In this document: in pieces, positions 58,571 through 64,000 of the stretch | Layout: each line of letters begins with the position of its first letter | How positions within the stretch are numbered: the stretch's first letter is position 1 | From: Candidatus Margulisiibacteriota bacterium | GTDB taxonomy: Bacteria; Margulisbacteria; Marinamargulisbacteria; JBFWNS01 | Reading direction: 5' to 3' | Assembly (NCBI GenBank): GCA_050250935.1 | Contig: JBFWNS010000001.1 | Coordinates: forward strand, 160,001-224,000 | DNA length: 64,000 bases | Notes under the pieces: model-generated | The model's database searches: none | Told to the model about the DNA's origin: nothing | The model's input: only the letters and a program-made list of their open reading frames with translations | Position numbers and translations under genes: made by a program

Positions 58571-59832
58571 TATCGCAACAAACCTTCATACTTACTGGAA
58601 ATAACATAGGATTGGATTTGGCGAAGCAAGTCCATGGCCACACCGACCATAATCAGCAGCGCCGTACCCCCCAATCCCACAAAGCTGGTAACCCCAGTTA
58701 AGGAGGCCCCCGCCATTGGAATTAAGGAAATTACCGATAAGAAAACCGCCCCAAATAGTGTTAACGAAGTAATGGTTTTATCAAGAAATTCAACGGTCGG
58801 TTTGCCTGGACGAATTCCCATAATAAACCCACCGTGTTTTTTGATATTGTCTGAGAGTTCTTCGGGATTAAAGGTAATCGCCGTATAAAAGTAAGCAAAA
58901 AAGAAAATCAATAAACAGAGCACCACATTATAAAAAACGCTGTCGTAGCGATAATGTAGGGCCATAAAATTGCTAATGGCCTCGACATGGACATACTGAA
59001 AAATCATCAGGGGGAATTGCATAACAGCAGAAGCAAAAATGATTGGCATAACCCCACTTTGGATCAATTTTAAAGGGATATAAGAAGATTTTTGGCTGAC
59101 TGCGCCTCTTGCGGTTGCCCGTTTAACATATTCCACGGGTATCTTTCTGTAGGCCTCTTGAACATAAACAATTCCAACCAACAACACCATAAAAATTAAA
59201 ACCAACATCAAAACATTTAAAATGCTTGTGCCACCTTGAACCAACACATAGGTTTGATGAACATAATTGGGCATTTGAGCAACGATCCCAATAAAAATTA
59301 AAACCGAAGCCCCGTTACCAATTCCATACTCCGTAATGAGTTCTGAAATCCACAAAACCAGGGCAACCCCAGCGACCAAGGCAATCACCGAATAGGTTAA
59401 AAATAAAGCAAAGGGGATATCGGGATTCACAAAATTTCTAAACCCAACCGACATAACAATGGCTTGAAAAAAAGCCAAAACAATCGTGAGATATCGGGTA
59501 TATTGGGCTACTTTTTTTCGCCCATAGTCCCCTTCTTCGTTTAATTCTTTCAAACTAGGGGAAACAACGGACAATAGCTGCATGATGATTGAGGCATTGA
59601 TATAGGGCAGAATCCCCAAAGCGAACACCGAAAAACGGCTTAAAGCACCACCAGAAAATAAGTTAAAAAAACTTAAAATTCCACTGCTGCTAAACGTTTG
59701 TGAAATCAAAGACAAGTCCACACCCGCTAGTGGGATATGCGTCCCCAATCGGTAAACAAACACCAAACCCAAGGTGAACCAAAGCTTTTTTTGAAGCCCT
59801 TGAGACTTGAAGGCGCTTATAAAAGAAGCCAT
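58570..59832 (-). CDS. secY: Preprotein translocase SecY
   Basis: LGILPYINASII, GIGNG, PIIFA, GIRPG, GGT. Confidence 0.98.
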   Translation of the reverse strand: MASFISAFKSQGLQKKLWFTLGLVFVYRLGTHIPLAGVDLSLISQTFSSSGILSFFNLFSGGALSRFSVFALGILPYINASIIMQLLSVVSPSLKELNEEGDYGRKKVAQYTRYLTIVLAFFQAIVMSVGFRNFVNPDIPFALFLTYSVIALVAGVALVLWISELITEYGIGNGASVLIFIGIVAQMPNYVHQTYVLVQGGTSILNVLMLVLIFMVLLVGIVYVQEAYRKIPVEYVKRATARGAVSQKSSYIPLKLIQSGVMPIIFASAVMQFPLMIFQYVHVEAISNFMALHYRYDSVFYNVVLCLLIFFFAYFYTAITFNPEELSDNIKKHGGFIMGIRPGKPTVEFLDKTITSLTLFGAVFLSVISLIPMAGASLTGVTSFVGLGGTALLIMVGVAMDLLRQIQSYVISSKYEGLLR

Positions 59833-59835
59833 TGT

Positions 59836-60276
59836 TTATCCAATAATTTCTAAGGTGCCGCCTGCAGCCGCTACTTTTTCTTGGGCAGATTTTGAAGCTG
59901 CATGGGCATGGATTTTGATGGCTTTAGAAAGCTCTCCATTGCCTAATACTTTTACTTTTTGTTTGTGATTCAAAATTTTTCTATCAACCATTGCTTCAAC
60001 TGTCACCTCGTTTAAGTCTGAGAAAACAGTCGCAATGACGTCGAGGTTTAGGGCTACAAAACCTTCGCGTGCGGGGTTATTGATCCCACGTTTTTTAGGA
60101 ATACGACGGTACAAGGGAATTTGACCGCCTTCAAAACCAAAACGGCGGGAATAGCCTGTTCTGCTTTTTTGACCTTTATGGCCACGACCACATTCTCCAC
60201 CTTGTCCAGCTGAGTTTCCTCTGCCTTTACGTGTTTTTTTAAATACAGACCCTTTTGCAGGTTTCAAAAAATCCAT
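59836..60276 (-). CDS. rplO: 50S ribosomal protein L15
   Basis: GRGHKGQKSR, FEGGQ. Confidence 0.97.
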   Translation of the reverse strand: MDFLKPAKGSVFKKTRKGRGNSAGQGGECGRGHKGQKSRTGYSRRFGFEGGQIPLYRRIPKKRGINNPAREGFVALNLDVIATVFSDLNEVTVEAMVDRKILNHKQKVKVLGNGELSKAIKIHAHAASKSAQEKVAAAGGTLEIIG

Positions 60277-60830
60277 TATGCCTCTCCGTTATCTTGTACC
60301 GTCTGTTTTTTTTCTACAAAAACAGGGAGTTGCTTACCGCGCAACTTCGTTTCTTCTTCTAAATTTTTCAATTTCATCAAGCCGTTTAAAGCAGCTTTTG
60401 CCGCATTAATGGCATTGGTCGAGCCCAAAGATTTGGCAACAATGTCCTTAATCCCTGCAGCTTCTAGTAAAATGCGAACAGCTCCACCGGCGATTACACC
60501 AGTCCCTGGCTTAGCAGGTTTCAAAATTACCCGTGAAGCAGAAAAAGCCCCATGGACTTCGTGTGGAATGGTTCCATTGATGACTTGAATGGTTGCATAT
60601 TTCTTTTTTGCACGATCAATGCCCTTTTTAATTGCGCTGGGTACCTCTTTGGATTTACCCAAACCCAAACCCACTTTACCTTGTGTATCACCAGCAATAA
60701 CAAAGGCACGAAACGCCAACCGTTTCCCACCTTTAACAACTTTGTTTACACGATCAATTTGGATCACTTTTTCAACATCAGTTGATGTTGCTTCTTGTCT
60801 TTTAAAATTCCGTTGTTGCTGCTGTTGCAT
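60276..60830 (-). CDS. rpsE: 30S ribosomal protein S5
   Basis: KVVKGG, GTGVIAGG. Confidence 0.97.
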   Translation of the reverse strand: MQQQQQRNFKRQEATSTDVEKVIQIDRVNKVVKGGKRLAFRAFVIAGDTQGKVGLGLGKSKEVPSAIKKGIDRAKKKYATIQVINGTIPHEVHGAFSASRVILKPAKPGTGVIAGGAVRILLEAAGIKDIVAKSLGSTNAINAAKAALNGLMKLKNLEEETKLRGKQLPVFVEKKQTVQDNGEA

Positions 60831-60841
60831 TCATACTCTCC

Positions 60842-61159
60842 TTAAAAATTAAGACCGTGTTCTCTTGCTGCATCAGCCAATGCACTAACACGTCCTTTGT
60901 AAACATAGCTGCCGCGATCAAAAACAACATCTTTGATATTCAGTTTTAAAGCACTTTCGGCCAAGATTTTTCCAACAGCCTGTGCAGCAGCCACATTGTG
61001 AGAAGGGGTGCTTTTTAAAGAGGACGCTGAAACCAAAGTTACACCTTTGGCATCATCAATAATTTGGGCATAAATAAATTTATTGCTTCTGAAAACAGAT
61101 AGTCTGTGTCGCAATTCGGAAGATTTAATAGCAGTCTTTTTATTTGATTTTCTTTTCAT
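60842..61159 (-). CDS. rplR: 50S ribosomal protein L18
   Basis: [21 protein letters not shown]. Confidence 0.96.
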   Translation of the reverse strand: MKRKSNKKTAIKSSELRHRLSVFRSNKFIYAQIIDDAKGVTLVSASSLKSTPSHNVAAAQAVGKILAESALKLNIKDVVFDRGSYVYKGRVSALADAAREHGLNF

Positions 61160-61199
61160 GATATTTCTCTCTATCTTAAGTTCGCTGGTTTAAGACGTT

Positions 61200-61739
61200 T
61201 TACTTTTTAACGCTCTTACCTTGCTTTCTTCTAATAACTTCGGTGGACAATTTCACACCCTTACCTTTGTAAGGGTTAGGGGGACGCAAGGCACGAATAT
61301 CGGAAGCTACTTGTCCAACCAATTCTTTGTTAGGTCCAGTTACAATAACCTTATTTTGTCCTTCAACTTGGAACTGAATGGTTTGAGGAGGCTCCACTTT
61401 GATGGGATGTGAATAGCCTAGAGAAAAGATCAAGTCTTGACCTTGCAATTGAACCCTATAGCCCACGCCAACCAATTCCAACTCTTTTGAAAAACCTTCT
61501 GAAACACCTGTTACATAATTAAACAAAATTGCTCTTGTAAGCCCAAACATAGCTTTGGCTTCTTTAGAGTCGTTTACGGCTTTAACATGGATTTCAGATT
61601 CAACTTGCTCTGCAGAAACCAATGCATCCATATTAAAAGTGAGGGTACCTTTAGGTCCTTTGATTGTGACATTTCTGTCTTGAACACTAAACGTAACCTC
61701 TTTGGGGATTACAATTGGCTTTTTTCCTAGTCGTGACAC
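61200..61739 (-). CDS. rplF: 50S ribosomal protein L6
   Basis: SRLGKKP, GVGYR, PYKGKG. Confidence 0.97.
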   Translation of the reverse strand: MSRLGKKPIVIPKEVTFSVQDRNVTIKGPKGTLTFNMDALVSAEQVESEIHVKAVNDSKEAKAMFGLTRAILFNYVTGVSEGFSKELELVGVGYRVQLQGQDLIFSLGYSHPIKVEPPQTIQFQVEGQNKVIVTGPNKELVGQVASDIRALRPPNPYKGKGVKLSTEVIRRKQGKSVKK

Positions 61740-61757
61740 ACCTATTCTCCTCGAAAT

Positions 61758-62159
61758 TTAATAAACATAGCCAATAAGCTCACCACCGGCATTTTTCAAA
61801 CGGGCATCGCGGCCAGATAGAATACCGTGTGATGTTGAAAGAATACAAATACCAAATCCATTTAAAACTTTAGGGATCTGCTTTTTCTGAATGTATTGGC
61901 GGCACGATGACGTACTTTTAAGAACCAAATTGGAAATAATTGCTTTTCCATCTGGGCTGTATTTTAAGTCAATTTTGATCGACTTTTTATTGCTGCCATG
62001 ATCCACAACATCGAAATGCTTAATGAAGCCTTCTTCTTTGAGAATTTTAGCAATTTTTTCTTTCATTTTTGAATGAGGCATCGAAACAGAATCGTGCTTT
62101 ACTCGCAAAGCATTACGAATTCTTGTAAACATATCCGCAACTGGGTTTGTAACTGACAT
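61758..62159 (-). CDS. rpsH: 30S ribosomal protein S8
   Basis: DMFTRIRN, STSHG, GGE. Confidence 0.97.
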   Translation of the reverse strand: MSVTNPVADMFTRIRNALRVKHDSVSMPHSKMKEKIAKILKEEGFIKHFDVVDHGSNKKSIKIDLKYSPDGKAIISNLVLKSTSSCRQYIQKKQIPKVLNGFGICILSTSHGILSGRDARLKNAGGELIGYVY

Positions 62160-62179
62160 CTAACCTTTTCCTCCAAATA

Positions 62180-62362
62180 CTACCAAGAAGATTTTTTAAC
62201 ACCAGGCAACTGTGCGTTGCTGGCTAACGTTCTAAAACAAATACGGCAAAGTCCAAAAAAACGCATAAATCCTCTGGGTCTGGAACAAATAGAGCAGCGG
62301 TTACGAAATTGCACCGTTCCTACTTTTTGTTTATTTTTTAAAATCATTGATGTTTTAGCCAT
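62180..62362 (-). CDS. rpsN: 30S ribosomal protein S14 (Zn-binding short type)
   Basis: RCSICSRP...LCRICFR...KSSW. Confidence 0.95.
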   Translation of the reverse strand: MAKTSMILKNKQKVGTVQFRNRCSICSRPRGFMRFFGLCRICFRTLASNAQLPGVKKSSW

Positions 62363-62385
62363 AATTTTTCTCTTGATTATCTCCT

Positions 62386-62928
62386 CTATTTTCGTCTAAA
62401 CGGCATTCCGAATTGGGTTAGCAATTCTCTTGCTTCGTCATTGGTTTTGGCGGAGGTGACAAAGGTAATGTCAAACCCTCTCATTTTATCGATTTTATCA
62501 AAGTTGGTTTCAGGGAAAATGATGTCTTCTTTAATGCCAAGGGTATAATTACCACGTCCATCAAAACTGTTAATTGGAACACCACGAAAATCTCTAATTT
62601 TAGGAAGAGATACGTTGATCAGTTTGGTCAAAAAGTCATACATTCTTTTGGATCTTAAGGTTACTTTACAGCCAATAGGTTGTCCTTCTCTGACCTTAAA
62701 GTTCGAAATCGATTTTTTCGAACGGGTAACGACTGGTTTTTGGCCTGAAATTGCAGCCATGACTTCAAGAGACAACTCCAAGGATTTGGGGTTGGACTCT
62801 GAATCGCCAATACCACGGTTCAGAACGATTTTTTCAATTTTAGGAACTTCCATCACATTGGCATACCCGAATTTTTCGCGCATTTTTTTTGTGATTTCTT
62901 GGGTGTATTTTTTCTTAAGGTCTAACAT
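62386..62928 (-). CDS. rplE: 50S ribosomal protein L5
   Basis: GQKP, RDFRG, FDGRGNY. Confidence 0.97.
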   Translation of the reverse strand: MLDLKKKYTQEITKKMREKFGYANVMEVPKIEKIVLNRGIGDSESNPKSLELSLEVMAAISGQKPVVTRSKKSISNFKVREGQPIGCKVTLRSKRMYDFLTKLINVSLPKIRDFRGVPINSFDGRGNYTLGIKEDIIFPETNFDKIDKMRGFDITFVTSAKTNDEARELLTQFGMPFRRK

Positions 62929-62940
62929 GGTTTCTCCTGA

Positions 62941-63165
62941 CTATTTTTCCTTGTAAAGAGCCACTTTACTGATAGGAAACGGGGCTGGCTTCTTTACAAT
63001 TTCGCCAGCTTGTCTGGCATTTCCTTTTACGTAGTGAACTGCAATATTAATATCCGCCACAACCACAGCAGATTTTTTGGGGATAACCCGCAAAATCTCT
63101 CCGGTTTTATCTTTGTCTTTTCCAGACAGAACAAACACTTTATCACCTTTTTTCAAATTAGCCAT
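62941..63165 (-). CDS. rplX: 50S ribosomal protein L24 (short form)
   Basis: KKGDKV..LSGKDK KOW motif, located between rplN and rplE. Confidence 0.93.
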   Translation of the reverse strand: MANLKKGDKVFVLSGKDKDKTGEILRVIPKKSAVVVADINIAVHYVKGNARQAGEIVKKPAPFPISKVALYKEK

Positions 63166-63179
63166 GATTCTATATCCCT

Positions 63180-63548
63180 CTAGATAACATCTGATGCCAG
63201 CGACACAATTTTCAAATAATTTTTATCTCTGAGCTCTCTTGGAACAGGCCCAAAAATACGGGTTCCACGAGGGTTACCATCCTTGTTGATAATAACCGCA
63301 GCATTGTCATCAAAACGAAGAACAGATCCATCTTCTCTTGTGATTTTGCTCTTGGTTCGAACAATAACGGCCAAAACAACTTCACTTTTCTTAACTTGTC
63401 CTTGGGGAATGGCTTTTTTAACAGCACAAACAATCAAATCCCCAACCCGAGCATAACGTCTGTTTGATCCGCCCATAACCCGGATACACAATAATTCCTT
63501 TGCGCCTGAGTTATCTGCTACGTCTAAACGGCTTTCTGTTTGAATCAT
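63180..63548 (-). CDS. rplN: 50S ribosomal protein L14
   Basis: VADNSGA, FDDNAAV, GTRIFGP. Confidence 0.98.
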   Translation of the reverse strand: MIQTESRLDVADNSGAKELLCIRVMGGSNRRYARVGDLIVCAVKKAIPQGQVKKSEVVLAVIVRTKSKITREDGSVLRFDDNAAVIINKDGNPRGTRIFGPVPRELRDKNYLKIVSLASDVI

Positions 63549-63552
63549 TGCC

Positions 63553-63807
63553 CTATCCCTCGCTCGCAGGAACGATTTTTCTCAATCGCCAGAATTTAAG
63601 TTTGCTAATGGGTCTTGTTGCAACAATCTCTACATTGTCGCCCAATTGTGCTTCGTTTTTGGGATCATCTACCAAATATTTTTTTGAGCTACTAAAAACC
63701 TTTTGGTAAAGCCCGTGTCGTTTCAAATCTTGAACCAATACAGAAATCGTATTGAGTCCTGACTTTTTGACAACCTTTCCTGTTAGAACTTTTTTTTCAG
63801 CTGACAC
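63553..63807 (-). CDS. rpsQ: 30S ribosomal protein S17
   Basis: GKVV, GDNV, TRPISK. Confidence 0.95.
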   Translation of the reverse strand: MSAEKKVLTGKVVKKSGLNTISVLVQDLKRHGLYQKVFSSSKKYLVDDPKNEAQLGDNVEIVATRPISKLKFWRLRKIVPASEG

Positions 63808-63819
63808 TTCACTCTCTCC

Positions 63820-63999
63820 TTACTGTTGATGCAAACTCAATTGAGTCCGCATTCTGGCAATTTCTTTTCGAAGCTTTTTAAATTGGGACACATCTTTAAG
63901 TTCATTTTTCAAAAGATCAATTCTCAATTGAATCAGCTTTTTTTCTGTTTCTTCTATTTTTGAAGCTACGGTTTCGTTTGACTCTTGTACTGCTTTTTT
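63820..63999 (-). CDS. rpmC: 50S ribosomal protein L29, 5'-partial (not in ORF track)
   Basis: Manual translation ...LIQLRIDL...FKKLRKEIARMRT..., located upstream of rpsQ. Confidence 0.88.
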   Translation of the reverse strand, partial: KKAVQESNETVASKIEETEKKLIQLRIDLLKNELKDVSQFKKLRKEIARMRTQLSLHQQ

Positions 64000-64000
64000 C

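Noticed and set aside
52300..64000. Apparently lower GC in the ribosomal cluster as a sign of horizontal transfer
   Set aside because: Judged by eye only. These are core genes in conserved order, and highly expressed codon usage plus Lys-rich proteins is a sufficient explanation.

Overview
Core-genome window from a diderm bacterium (lpxC, TolC, TonB-dependent receptor, an SLH protein). The ribosomal cluster has no rpmD and ends rpoA-rplQ-truA-rplM-rpsI, which suggests a non-photosynthetic relative of Cyanobacteria such as Margulisbacteria; this is inference only. Contents: a partial TonB receptor followed by a stand-alone cobalamin-binding/MetH-reactivation protein; two large orphan proteins; aroQ, aroB, aroK, glyA-pheA-serS, a RelBE-type TA pair, lpxC, class Ia nrdAB, yajQ, argS-tilS, a TolC-MacA-MacB-type pump, bioA, an NAGS-like protein, nhaA, a deoxyhypusine-synthase-like gene, typA, a two-component pair, rmuC, dapA, slyD, serA; four tRNAs; and the S10(end)-spc-alpha ribosomal cluster. 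No transposase, integrase, phage or CRISPR was seen. The most unusual signal is a dispersed twin-hairpin element (about 8-bp stem/5-nt loop, short linker, about 11-bp stem/5-nt loop, TCCC(C)GC tail). It has seven full copies and one half copy at four intergenic loci, shows strong compensatory covariation, and always lies just downstream of a gene in the sense orientation. Several genes also look leaderless.
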